From Chiloscyllium plagiosum (lineage: Eukaryota): a DNA stretch of 64,000 bases. Shown in pieces: positions 38,644-51,959 of the stretch (its first letter is position 1; the number at the start of each line of letters is the position of its first letter). A program made the position numbers and the translations under genes. The notes beneath the pieces were generated by a model, which was not told where the DNA came from, ran no database searches, and saw nothing but the letters and a program-made list of their open reading frames with translations. The DNA lies in assembly GCF_004010195.1 (NCBI RefSeq), contig NC_057726.1, positions 14,828,572-14,892,571 on the forward strand, written 5' to 3'.

Positions 38644-38679
38644 GTAAGTCATGCCCAGAGATGTGTTAATGTCTCTCTG

Positions 38680-40460
38680 CTCTCGCTACTTGTCCTGTTC
38701 CTTTCCGCACGTGGGGACGGCCGTGTTAGTTTGTTAGGCGCCGCGGGATTGGATGGGGCGTTTTGTTACTTCCTCCTGTTACACTGTAGCTAGAGAGAGA
38801 GAGAGAGAGAGACGCTGGCGGCGGATTCTGCGCATTAACTCAGCCCCCCTGTATATATGTGTGTGTGTGTCTGTATGTGAATGTGTGTATGTGTATGTGT
38901 GTATATAGCAGCCTGCAAAGGAGCACTCAGTACCCGGCCGCTAAAACAACAGCAGTGGCAGCAACAACCACCACAAACAGCAGCAGTCAGCAAGCAGCGA
39001 CCAGGTCTCAAAGCGGGATGGCTTCAGGAGATCTCTACGAGGTACTGTTCTTCATTTTTTCCCTGTATATTCGCTGATCGCCTCGACCCCGGCTCCCAAC
39101 TAGATATAACACGAGGGGGAAGCGTTTGAAAGTAGCCGCAGCTCTTCCGAGGCTGGCTTCCCCCCCACCCCCCTTTCCTCCCTCCTCTCTCTCTCTCTCT
39201 CTCGCCCTCTCTTGCACACAGGGCGAAACAGAATTGAAAAGCTGCGGGATGGCAGCGCTGTCGTTCTGCTTTCTCTTTAATGCTTAAATGCATTGCTTGA
39301 TGATAGGCCTTGGGAGGGGAGGAGGAGGGAGGAAGAGCTGAGTGAGTTAGCGGTTGCCTTGAAGGGAGGTCTGGGGGCAGATAGGTGCAGCCCTAACAGT
39401 GAGCAAGAGCCTGGAGGGGAGAGGAAGGGTAGGGAGATAGGAGAAGTCCAGGTTGGTGAGCTAGGAGAGGGATCGAGTGCAGCAGCAGCAGCAGATCTGA
39501 AGTGTGCACGCACTCATTTATTGACAGGACGCCCGGTGACTTTTCCGTTCGCATCAACGTGCAGGAAGCTCAGAGTGGATGGGAGTTTCAAATCTCTATC
39601 ACTCTTTATTCTGCACTGCTTTCTCTTTTTTTTTCTTACGTAAAGCTGCTGTCAGATGTATTTACAACCCCCCCCCCCCCGCCCCTCGCGATGGTCAGCC
39701 TGGAAGACTTGTGTTGAAACAACGTACCGCAAGGTATGGGGTACCAGGGTGCACTTTTCTGATGCACACATTATTTTTTCCCCCCTCCTCAATTACTTGG
39801 TCACATTTAGCAACCCGTAAGACGTGTTTGTTACTGGGGTCCCTGGAACGTCTGTACCTCAGTTTGATCATTAATAACCCTACTTGCCTTTACTATTGCA
39901 TTTTAACACAGTGAGATCCCGAGGTCCTGTGTATTATTTTCAGGGCTGCCTGTTAGTTCTGCCAGGACAAGTCATATTTCACCCTCCCCATGGCAGTGTT
40001 GTCACAGTGTTGGGTGATGTGCATTTTTAGAAGGTGGGTCAGTTATTCTCCCATGCACAACACAAGTATGTAAGTTAGTGCATTTTATTTTAAAAAAAAG
40101 GAAAGCACCATTTTTTTGGTAGGATTCGAGCAAGGACAGACGTCAGAGAGGCACCGCCTGATGATTACTTCCTGAGGTAATTTTACAAGTGGCTTTTTTA
40201 TATTTAAAAAATAGCCTCTTCTGGAAAAGTGGGTGACCAGTCGTGGGGGCTGCCAGTGAGCTTTTCCTTTCGTTGAAATGCACCGACCCAGTTCCCCCAC
40301 CACAACCATCACCCCTGGGGAAGGGGTTGCTTGGGTGTCTGTATGTGTGAGTGAGTGAGATGAAACGGAAGGGACTGGGGCGGTGTGACCGCCTCTATTG
40401 AGAAACGCGATGGAAATAGAGCGGGCGAGCGTTCCCACATTGACGGGGCGGCGGTGGGAA
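38680..40460 (+). promoter_or_regulatory. CpG-enriched, transposon-free promoter / first-exon region of CDYL2
   Basis: CpG density is visibly higher than in the flanks. E-box CACGTG 38708-38713, inverted CCAAT 38748-38752, ETS-like ACTTCC 38768-38773, (AG)n 38792-38812, TG-rich tract 38851-38905. Confidence 0.75.
39018..39041 (+). CDS. CDYL2: Chromodomain Y-like protein 2, first coding exon (MASGDLYE); exon 2 not found in the window
   Basis: ATG GCT TCA GGA GAT CTC TAC GAG|GTACTG matches the known CDYL2 N-terminus MASGDLYE(VERIVDKR), ends in a phase-0 donor, has a good Kozak context (gggATGG) and lies in a CpG island. The paralog CDYL starts MASEELYE. Only 8 codons support the call. Confidence 0.88.
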
Positions 40461-43079
40461 GTTTGTGGGTGGGAGGGTTAAAATAACTCTCCCCACCCAC
40501 CACCATACGGACAGGAACATCAAACCGTGCCTTCTCCCCCTACCCAGTTTAAAAAAAAAACAAACTTATGGTATCCGGGTGGAGAATTGGGAATCTCTGG
40601 ATGGGGCTGTTGGTTGGAGGTTGAGGATGAGGACCTTTTTTGTTCCAAAGTGGCATCTTTAAACTGATGCCGCTGTCAACACAGATAATTGTTGCCCAGC
40701 TCAATGGGGCGATCTCTTCTGGCGGTGTCTCCCAGACTTAATGGTGCAAACCCAATGGGAAGAAATTGAAACCAAAGAAGTTTGGGGGAATCATTGGTTT
40801 GCATCACCTATTGTGTAAGACCTGCCTTTGAGTGTTGCATTTGCATGGATTTCGACGGTGCTTGCCTTTGGTACCTGCGAGTGTTTGGTTTCGTTTGTCG
40901 CTCAGTTTGTATTGGATCAGTCCTACCCCCCGGTGATACTCGGGGGATTCTCAGCATCATTCTTCTAACCACACGGTTGCCGAAGGGGAAGGTGCCTTGA
41001 TCTAAACGTTTGCAAGCAACAGCAGATAATTGACCAGGACTGTGGAACGCTGCTTTTGGAGGCCAGAGCAATTTGCAAAGGGGAGAGATTGCGCCTGCAC
41101 GATATGACCCGGGTAGAATTGACAGCAAAAGCCAATACCGCACTGTGCTTCCCTACAGAAGGAAGATACAAGTATGGATTATACAGAAGGTTTGGAAAAT
41201 GCCTCGAGGATAAATTGAAAAGGAGGATCTAAACCAACCAATTGAAGTGATGTAGATGATGAAAAGCAAGACCTCTTTGACGTGAAGCCCACGACAAACC
41301 CAAAAAAAACAGATTTCTTTTTAAAAAATCAAAATGAGACATTTCTAGCAGAAATCAATGATTAAAGGAACAGATAAATGTACATTGAGAAATAGTCAAA
41401 TAGTTCATCATTTCAAATTGGTTTCACCTTGTTGAGTTTTCAGTAATATTGTTTCCATTCAGTTTTCATTTACCCATGGTACTGGGTGTCACTGGCTCAA
41501 GCATTTATTGCTCATCTGTGGTTGCCCTTGAGAAGGTGGTAGTGAGCTGCCTTCTACAACCACTGCAGTCTACTTGCTGCAGATTGTCCCATTATGACCT
41601 GAGGGAGGGAATTCCAGGATTTTGATCCAGTGATATTTCCAAGTCAGCTTGGAGGGGAACTTGCAGGTGGTGGTGTTCCATTTATCTGCTCTTGTCCATC
41701 TAGTTTGAGGTAGTCATGAATTTAGAAGGTGATATCTGAGAACCTTTGTCTGTGACTGTACGATGTCAAAGAGTGAATGATGTTTTATGAGGCTGAAAGA
41801 GATTTGTAATCAAATTTAGCTATCTTAAGAATCTGTGTGGAATTTGTGAATGGTCAACTTTCAATTCACCCTCATGTTGTGTTGCTCCATTATTGTTCAT
41901 TTTTGCACAATGTCTTGTCAACTGTAACACAGCATGGAACTTGCAAAGAAAATGACCTGTGTTTCTTATAAACAAAAAGGCATGGGTGACAGGCCAAAAT
42001 CATTTCAAAAACAGATTGTATGTTCCATAACTCAGTCAGTGACAGTTTGTTCATATTTTACCTCCGTTTAGAAGTACATGGATCCCAGTTCTGGGCTGCG
42101 CTAGTGTTAATTTGAACTGGGCATGTGTAATTTTGTAAGGAAATACCAACATATGAAATTGACAAGCAGTAAGAGAGCAGATGTCTGCACACTATGACAG
42201 CTTGAATATCATGACTGAAACCCTTCTCATCCAGCATTGTAATTTTAACAGAGGAAGAATGCAGGGTCAGTAAGGGACAAAGCTACTTTGGAAAGTTCTT
42301 CCAGAACCAATTGCCTTCTCCACAGGCATTCATCTGCTTTCTGTATAATCTCAACTTCACCCCAGTCAAGAACTGATCCAGTTGAAGACATACAGGTAGT
42401 CAAATCCTACCACAGCAGGTACGGAACACTAGGTATGCTGTGTGATATAACTTAATAAAATAATCTTTGGGTGAAAACTTGGGTTGTGTCGAATTTTTTT
42501 GTGTGTAACTTTTATGTGGCAAAATATTATTTTGGCCCAATTACAGTATCAAATTTCAAGTGGGTTGTGTACTCAGATTATTAATACTTCTGATGCCAAT
42601 GAAAATGGAGCTACTTGTTATTTCTGAAAATGTATGAAAGGTGGACTAGCTTCTAGATTAATTATGGCTCATTTCAGATTTTTCTGAAACAGAAGTCTGG
42701 TTGTGAATAAGATGTCCTTATTTAAAATAGAGCAGCAGTAGGGTTTTTCTTGAGGCCGTGCTTTTTCTTTTCATTGCATGACCACACAGAAGGTAAATGT
42801 TTCTTTCACAGCCACATCAGCGGAATGATGGAAAGATTGTCAACAATGCTAACTTGCTTAGCGGTAAGATGCTCACTCTCACATTGGGTTTAGTCAGGGC
42901 CACTCAGTTCCTCGCCTCATTACAGCCTTGGTCCAAACATGGACAGAAGAATTGAGTTCACAAGGTGATGTCAGAGTGACTGCCTTTTACCTCCAGGAAA
43001 AATTTGGCCAAGTGTGAATCAAGGACTCCAAACAAAACTGGAATCGAAAGGAATTGAGAGGGGCGCAGAAGACCTTGCA

Positions 43080-44060
43080 CAAAGAAAGATGCTTATTATT
43101 GTTAGAGGTTAATCCTTGCAGGCCCCAGGACATCTCTGCAGGAGTTCCTTAGGGTAGTGTCCTAGAGCCAACCATCTTTAGCTGCATCATCAATGACCTT
43201 GCCTCCATCGTAAGGTCAGAAGTGGAATATTTACTGATGAATGGACACCATTGTCAGTGCTCAAATACTGAAGCAGTAAATGTCCATATACAGCAAGTCC
43301 TGGACAACTCAGACTAGGGCTCACAAATTGCCAATGATGTTCATTTCACCCAAGTGCCAGGGAATGATCCTCTCAACCATGAGGAAATCTAACTAACTTC
43401 TCTTGATGGCATTAAAACCACTGAATTGCCCATTGTCAAAATCCTAGGATTTACCATTGACCAGAAACTGAACTGGGCTGTCTAATAAATACTGTGGCTA
43501 CAGGAAAGTTCAGAGGCTAAGAATCCTGCAGCAAATAACTCCTTTTCTGTTTTCTCCCCTGCCCCCAAAGCAGGGCCAACATCACGATTTGGAATCATCA
43601 TGGAATTTTTTATCTGTCTGGATGAGTGTAGCTCCAATGACACCCAGGAAATTGACACCATCAAAGATTGGCACCTGCCCACTATCTTAAACATGCATTT
43701 CTTCCACTAATATTGCACAGAGATGGCAGCGTGTACCGTCGGTATAATGCATGGTGGCCAACTTAGGCTCCTTGAACAGAACACTCCAAACTCACAACCT
43801 CTACCACCTAGAAGGTTAAGGGCAGTGAGCACCGGAACCTTCAAGTTCACTTCCAGGCTATGCACCATCCTGAATTGAAAAGATATCGCCGTTCCTTTCC
43901 ACTGTCACTGTGTCCAAATCCTGGAACTCCCTTGCAAACAGCACTTTAGGACTGCAGTGATTCAAGAAGGCAACCACCACCTTCTCCCATGCAGTTAGAG
44001 GTGGTAATAAATCCTGGCCTACTGATCAATGTTCACAACTCATGAACTAATAATAAAAAG
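43080..44060 (+). mobile_element. Decayed CR1/L2-group LINE 3' part (intronic)
   Basis: AGVP*GSVL.PTIFSCIINDL RT motif. The 3' end matches 29820-30380. Confidence 0.7.
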
Positions 44061-46259
44061 AAAATTGCACTAAATAATTCTTTTTGACACCCAAACTGAT
44101 TTTAAAAATAAATATATAGACAGGTCATTACCTCCCCTCCCAAATTGTTAGTGGCTGTATTCCTGATTTCTTAGTACATGACTTTTAATAAAATTCTCTT
44201 CCTGGTGTAAGCTGTTGTATTTTTGGCAGCCAAAAGATAGGGGAAGATAGAGAAAGAAATGGATTGAAGATACCAGAGCAACACTAAAGAGTTGATTTAA
44301 TACATTGATTTTATTAGTATTGATATTTGCTTGTTCTATGATTTCTAATGTTTTATCTCCTTTTGCAAACTATAAATATAAACCATTGTTCAGTGGGATC
44401 GCCTTTTGTTCTTGTGTTTTGACCCTCATGCATTTCATTTCACAAAGAAGTAGAAAAATGTCAATAATTCCTTGCTAATAGTTCAAGGTAGAAAACACTG
44501 CTCTGGGAATTGGTTCTGACTTGTACTGTATCTTCTGATTAGTTGCCTGTAGTGTTAACCAAGTTTGGATACATTTTAGCTCTGTGCATTACAATCTATA
44601 TTAGTTTGGTTGTACAGAATTTGAGTTTTGCTGAAAAAGGATACAGTTTGTCAATGCTTTTCATCTTGCGTTGATCAGGACAGTTTTCAAGAATACCAGT
44701 TTCAAGGGGCTTATGTTTACACTGCACGAAAGAGAATTCTGGTAGGCAAGTGGACTTGGCAGTTCACTGTCGGTCGTCATCCATTGCTGCTGTATTTAGG
44801 CACTACCTGTACCAATCAGAGTTCACTTGCCAAACAATCAACACCTTTTTCTCCATATAATAAGAGCATATTGTTCCCCTTTACATTAGTATTTCTTGCA
44901 AATGGTCTTGACTGTAACAGAAAATGCTTCATCAAAACGTCTTTTCTTGCAGTGCTACAATTCACTTGATTTAATAATCTGAATAAAGTATTATGCATGG
45001 AAATAATTGAAGTCTGACTGCACTGCGCTTTTTTTTTAGCTCCATTCTTGAAATTTACATCAATGAACTCCATGAAGTGTTGCTGTTAAATTTGGAACAT
45101 CCTCAAACAATTCAGATCAACTCTGCAGGACATGGCAATTACAATCTTAAATCCAGAACAGCAGCAACTGTAATGAAAATAATTTCTTCCAGGAATTGGA
45201 TTTGTTGGTTTGTTTCATCTAGTGGTGCAGCCAAGAGAATTTGTACAGTGTGACCTGGAGATTTACTCTGGCTTAGTGAATTCTTCAGTCGTCCTTGTTC
45301 AGTAAATGGAGAGTAGCACTACATTTAGACCTAGTGGGGGGGGGGGGGGAATACCAGAAGACATCGTTGACTTGAAGTTCTACTAGTTGGAAAAGTGCTA
45401 TGCAAAAAAAACTGTCCACGCTGGTGTTGAGACTATACTGAATTAAAAGAATTGCAGGTGCACCTCAACATTATGTTCCCTGCCTAAAATGTGTGCAATT
45501 CATGTTTTAGTCATAATTTTGATGTTTTTTTTTTGTGTTAATTAAAACACCTCTTGAATAGTTGGAGCAACTTAGGTGGACTATTTTCGGTTCTCTCTTT
45601 GTCTATAGCTTTTGCTCCATTACTGGTTTAACTGTCGTCACACAAACAAGGTGGCAGTGGTAAAAGTGTAACAGGATCTTGTAACTTCCCATTGTGACAA
45701 GTTTTCTTCCATATTCCTGCCCACCTGTCAGGTTCTCTAGCCACCTGTTTCACGTGCTTGCTTGAAAACACCTTGGGTATAAACACTGAGCTAAGTAGTC
45801 TGAAACCAAACGAAAAGGATTTTGGTATCACTATTAAAAATGACCTCATTTCACATCTTTCACAATGAGAATTTAGTTATCTCCGCTGCTGAAAGTGACA
45901 TCCCTCTAATTAAAATTGAAAAATTGGTGCGGTGCTTGAAATCTAAAAATTTCCGATCTCCTCCATACTCCCACTTTGACCTCTCTGTTCTTGGCCTCCC
46001 ACACTGTTGTAATGAAACTGAACAAAACCTCAAAGCATTGCTCCAGCATTTGATTTAGCACTTTACAGCTTTCAGGACTCATAGCATTCAACAATTTCAG
46101 TTCATAGCCACTGCACTAATTCTTTGCAGACCGCAGCTTTTGTTTAATTCACTCATGCCATGTGGGTGTCATTGGCAAGTCTATTTTCATACATATGTCT
46201 TGGTAAGGTGGTGATTAGTTGGTTTATGGGATGCAACGGGGTGGCTTGCTCATCATGCC

Positions 46260-46745
46260 TAGTTATGAATCAACTGCATTTGGCAGTCCATTCAAACCAA
46301 GAGTGACTTCAGTTCTGGGGTGATTGATTAAATCCAGTGCAGAATCCTCCGATCTGTGAGGTGGATGTTCAGAAGTTTGTGCTCTCTCTTAGACACCTTG
46401 AATTTACCTCTACCCATTTATGGTGAAGTATCTGTTCAGAGCCTTCCTGGATGAAATTACTCCATTTTGTTCGATCACGAGCCATGAACGTCTAAGAATT
46501 ACTGGGAATGTTGGTCCGTTGCAGGATATGTTGACCTAGGAGAGGACACTGCTATTGGAATGTCTTTCTTACCTCTGGATTTGGAGGATGATGCAGAAGC
46601 ACCTGTGGTTGTACTTTGAGGTACCTGCAGTCAGTTGTCCAAGCTCCCTAAACATCTAGGAGCATGGGACATCTGCTTGGTAAACCATGACACAGAGAAG
46701 TTTCCAGTCCAAGGTGACACAAAGTAAGACTCCTGTGTTGAAGCT
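46260..46745 (-). mobile_element. Decayed RTE-like LINE fragment
   Basis: Minus strand resembles the RTE C-terminus (KYNHRCFCIILQIQR.). Degenerate. Confidence 0.4.
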
Positions 46746-47750
46746 TGACCACTTGGACTGCTTTTCGTTTTTTGTTTCTCCTCTTTTCTTTTAAAACTTT
46801 CTTACCATATCCTGGGTTTGGACAGCATCTGCGACCACAAGAGCCCAGAACATGGATCTTGAGCGGTCTTGAGCCAGGCCCATGTCCCGGATCCCAAGCG
46901 GACCCAGTCCAGAGGAGAGCGAGAGCCTACTTAATTTTCCAGAGCAAGCACAGGGCCTGGAATCAGCTGCTATGACAATGATGGGTCTGACACAGGAGTT
47001 GACAAAGCAGTGACAGTGGAGTATTGACCCAGTGCCAAAGATAGCTCCTAAGGATCAGTGATTTCAGTGTTCATTGAAGCTGGTGTAGATGATGGCAAAG
47101 CGGTGGCAGAGGAATGGCACACAGGTTTCATTGAAGGTGATGAGCTGGCTCAGGACTGACTGACTCTCTTCACACTATATCTATATATTTTTTCCTCCTC
47201 CTTAAATTATTCAAAACAGCACTGTTCCATGGTGACAAAAGAAAGCTTTTCACTGTATTTTATTGCATTTTTACTGTATTGTACATGTGACAATGAAATA
47301 AAAACCAAGACCCTGGTTTGAGATCCTAGCCCGCAAACACTGTCTTCCTCCAGTTGGCTGAAAGCTGATTGGCAAATTTGAAGGCAATAAATTTATTGGC
47401 GTAAGTCTCCTCATTGAGAGGAAGCTCCCAAGGAGCAGGAAATCGTCTGCATTGTTGATCTTAATTAACTGGAGATGTTCTACAATGGCAGCTGGTTGGA
47501 AGAGAACCTTAGTTTCCAGGTATTTGGTTCTTGACATCAAACCCCTGGGCTCACCTTGATGTCAGGAAGTCATTTTTCTTCTTTGGACTGCAACATTTTT
47601 TGATGTTGGCCATTTGAAGGAACAGAAGGAACAATTTAGCCTCTTGATCCTGATCTGTCTCCATTCAACAAGATGATGGTTGGTCTGAAACCTAAGCTAT
47701 ATACCTTCCTTTGTTTGTATTCCTTAATGCATTTTGGTAAAATCTAATCG

Positions 47751-48042
47751 AGATTAGATTACTTAGTGTGGAATCATACCCTTCGGCCCAACAAGTCCAC
47801 ATCGACCCTCCGAAGAGAAACCCACCCCGACCCATTCCCCTACATTTACCCCTACACCTAACACCTATGGGCAATTTAGCATGGCCAATTCACCTCACCT
47901 GCACATCTTTGGACTTTAGTAGGAAACCAGAGCACCCGGAGGAAACCCACCCAGACACGGGGAGAATGTGCAAACTCCTGAGGCAGGAATTAAACCCAGG
48001 TCTCTGGCGCTGTGAGGCAGCAGTGCTAACCACTGTGCTGCC
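47751..48042 (-). mobile_element. HE1-type V-SINE
   Basis: Colinear with 16662-16975. Confidence 0.9.
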
Positions 48043-51000
48043 TCCTTAGATTTAAAATGAACAATTGGTCCAGAATCATCTGCCATTTGCTAAGAGCAAC
48101 AAACATACCTGCTGCCTCCCCCCCCCCCCCCCCAAACCCCCACCAGCCCTCCCCTACAGCAGGGTTTCTGACCTGCACTTGGAAAGACCTTGTTCTAATT
48201 TTATATTATATATAGTCCTAGACTTCTGAACCAACAGAAAAGGTATACCTCCACTTACCCAATCAATTCTGCTGAATCTCTTGAAAACATGGATCGAATG
48301 ACTCCTTAACACACTAAATTCAAGAGAACGGCATCCAAGTCTTCCTGGGTATCATTTTAGTAAATATGTTGCCATTCCCTCCATACTCTGTGTCATCGTT
48401 CTCAGATGTGATGCCAAGATTTTGAATAGCTGTAATGTAATTGCTAACCTCTTGTATTCTCATTATCTGTCTGAAAGAACCAACATACCATTGGGCTTTT
48501 CTCATTTTTTTTAACCTGTATTTGTACATGGACCCCCTTGACCTCTGCTGGTTAAAGTTTTTCAACTTTTCAGCGGTGCTTTGAATTTTCATTCTTGGAT
48601 CCCAAATGGATGACTTCACTCTTATCTCTATTGAAATCCATTACCCAGGTGTCTTTAGATAATTTTTGCCTCCAAAATACAGTCTTTGCCTCAAAGACAA
48701 ACCTTGGATAAAATGATACTCTTTCCCTCAAAGTGTTGATAAAATATGGCAAATAATTGAAGCTCCAACACAGATCTTTGCAGGACACTTAGTCATATCC
48801 TGCCAAATGACAAGACTTGCCTGTTATCCCTGCTGTCTGCCGCACGCACCTCTCACTGGTGTCTGTGAATTTGCAGTGTCAGAGTGCTAAACAACTACAA
48901 AGTCAGCCATCACTTTGGAAAGAAATGCATTGCTTCACAAAATGGTGTGAACAGACCAAACACCAAGTGTGTGAAATGAAAGAGAAAAGTTGCCATTTGA
49001 AAGATGCTTCCTTCCACTCATCCAGTTTCCCAGTTAGTTCGATAAATGCTTCCAGTTCCATGGGCTTCAACTTCAGTGAACAGTCTCTTCTGAGGGAAAT
49101 TATCTGGATATCTGTATAAATAACATCAAAGTACATTATCATGTCCACAAATTCAGTCACCTCTTTGTAAGATTCAGTTAGATTCACCAGGTATCACCTA
49201 CTGCTTCAAAATCCATGCTGGGTCTCTGATTAGCTGAATATTTTCACTGTGTTTGTTGCTGTGTCCTGAATGATAGACTTTTGTAATTTCATGACAGCAT
49301 GTATTCAACATAATTGGCTGCCTCACTCACCTTGCTTAAATAGCAGAGTGACATAATTTTCCAGAATAAAGGAACTGGATTTCTTTATACAGAATTCCTA
49401 AATTCAGAGAAATTTGTCAGATTATAAGTTAGGTTGATGGGATGGAACGTCTAAGCAAATCATTCGCTACATAGCTTCGCGTTAATCTTCAAAGAGGTTA
49501 TTATTTTACAACAGTGGGGAAAGAGCCTCTGGTCCATCCAGGGAGATCTCTGCTGAACAAATGAAACATGCAGTTTAAATACAGATACACAGGCCATTTC
49601 AACTGGCTATCCTCTTAACTATTCATTCAATTATTATGTGAATGCATGATCAATGTGTGGTCAGACCTTTCCCTTCTATACCATGATGAGCAACAGACTT
49701 TGGACCAGGCTGGTACCGAGGCTTCTATCAGCATTCCTCAAAGCTGTGCCTTATCTGTCTCTGCACAAGCATCTGCTTCTGTTCCAAAGGGGCCATTGTA
49801 TACATTCTGCAAGACCCTTTGTGTGTTATCTTAATGCAGTTACTTCAATGAAGTCTGCTAGTTTAACTTCAAACAGCAAACTATGGAAACTGCTGTTTCA
49901 GCTACGAATTTTGCTCAACCGCTCCACTTTATGTCAACTGAGTACCACTTTTAGCTGGTTTATACAATGTCATCTGCACACCCTCTTCTTTTAAAACCTT
50001 GGATGTAAACCATCTAGATCTGGATATTTGTCACTTTTTGATGCTATTATTTTCTACATTACATTAATTTTAGGTGAATCTTGGTTCTGACTCAATGAGT
50101 TTTCTTAGTTCTTCTGCCAGGCTGACCTCTTCCTCAATCATAAATGCCAGTGCAAAGAGTTTATTTTTCCATTTGATTGTTCACTGTTCCTTATTGTTTT
50201 CCTTCTCCTTTATTACATTAGCACTTCTGAAAGGGCCAGTATCGCTCCTGGCTGATTCCGCCCCCCCACCTGCTCTATGAATATGATCTCTCAAAATGTT
50301 TTGTCCCATATTTTTATGGTTCTTGGAGGTTGCTTCCCATTCTTTCATAGCTCGCACTATCTGGTGTGTCACCACTTATGGCCCTTTTGCAGCCTTCCCT
50401 ATCAGTAGGTAAACATCTATTAATTTTGGGTTTTTTAAATTTGCCTTGTTTCCTTAGCTTTTGCCGTTCCTCACCTCTCTTGCCATCCTTGTCATTCTTC
50501 AGTCTTGTGTTCCTTTCTTCCTTGCACCATTGCTACCTTCTTTTGTCTTGCACTAAACATATATTTTTTTGTCATTTTAACCTCTCCTACTTTCCATCCC
50601 GTCACAGATCTGTCCTCTTCCTCTTTCCTCCACTTCACCCTGCCAACGCCCATTGTTGAGATGTGTCACATCCAGATCCTTTCCACTTCTGGTGAGCGTT
50701 GAGCAACCTGAACTCTGTCTCTTTCCCAGTGAACGCTGCCTGACCTGCTGAGCATTTCCTGAGAATTTTCTGCTTCAACTCCATGAACTGACCTTGCTAT
50801 GGAGCATACTTTCAATAATAGCAAAAGCAACAATAAAAGCGTGTTGATTTTTAAACCCAGAACGGCTTTGGTCCTCCTTCCAGAAGTCCTTCCATTATGT
50901 AAGTGTTGTGATGCAACAAAGATGTGTCAAACAATGTTTGTGTCCTCCCAAGTAAGTTGTAGATCCAGTTCAACAACTTGACTGACTAATTGGGGTGAAG

Positions 51001-51414
51001 AGGTTATTGCCTTTTTTAAGATTATTTGAAATGTTGATAACGTTACACAAGATTGATTTAAGAAGCATTTCTTGGCCACTTGATGCAAAGAATGTGTTTT
51101 TTTTTCTCTGAACCATTCTGACAGCTGGGTGGTACTGTGCACATTTCACCTCTCGCTGACTTGTTTGCCAAGAATTCTAACTTTGAAGCAACGTTCGTGC
51201 ACAATTGTCTGGTAGTTGACTTCTACCCCTTTTCGTAGATCTAGAGAAAGGATTTTTTTTTTAGTGCTTTCCCTTCATGTAGGCCATTGAAGCTGTAGAT
51301 GAGTTTGAAATTGTAGTGAGAATGGAGCCTCTGTGCTGCTTGGACCCAGACACTTTCCAGGATCAAGAACCTGCTTAGGATGACTGACTTTATTCTTCCC
51401 AATCTTGACTCAAC

Positions 51415-51900
51415 TGATTTTGATTTGATTTATTATTATCATTGCATATACCTAGGTACAGTGAAAGGTTTTGTTTTGTGTGCAGTGTACGCGGATCATA
51501 CCATTAAAAGTGCTTAAGGGTAATAGAACAGAGCAAGGGAGACAATGTTCCAGCTGCAGAGAAGGTGCACACAGTGCGAGGTCAGCATTAGATTTGCGAG
51601 GCCCATTCAGAAGTCTAATAACAACGGGCAGGAAGCTGTTCTTGAACCTGTTGGCCCATGTGTTTTAAGCTTTTGTATCTTCTGCCTGACGGTAGAGTTT
51701 GGAAGGGATTCTAACTGGGGCGGAAGGGGTCTTTGAATATGCAACGAGAAGTGTAGATAGAGTCAATGGATGGAAAGCTGTTTTGCGTGATGGACTGGGC
51801 TGTGTTCACAACTCTGTAGTTTCTTGTCCTGGACAGAGCAGTTGTCATACCAAGCCATGATGCATCTGGATAGAATGCTTTCTATGGTGCATCTATTGAT
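51415..51900 (-). mobile_element. Rex1-type LINE 3' fragment
   Basis: (TTTGA)n tail, RCTIESILSRCIMAWY. Confidence 0.7.
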
Positions 51901-51959
51901 ATAAAAACTGATTGAATTCTTGCACTTTTGAACGTCGAACTTGTGTGTGCTTCCCATTC

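Noticed and set aside
39293-41171. Several 65-117 aa ORFs downstream of CDYL2 exon 1
   Set aside because: GC-rich intron / CpG-island sequence with low-complexity translations and no recognisable homology.
45335-45349. Poly-G tract (also poly-C at about 39668 and 48117)
   Set aside because: Simple homopolymers with no supporting evidence of function.
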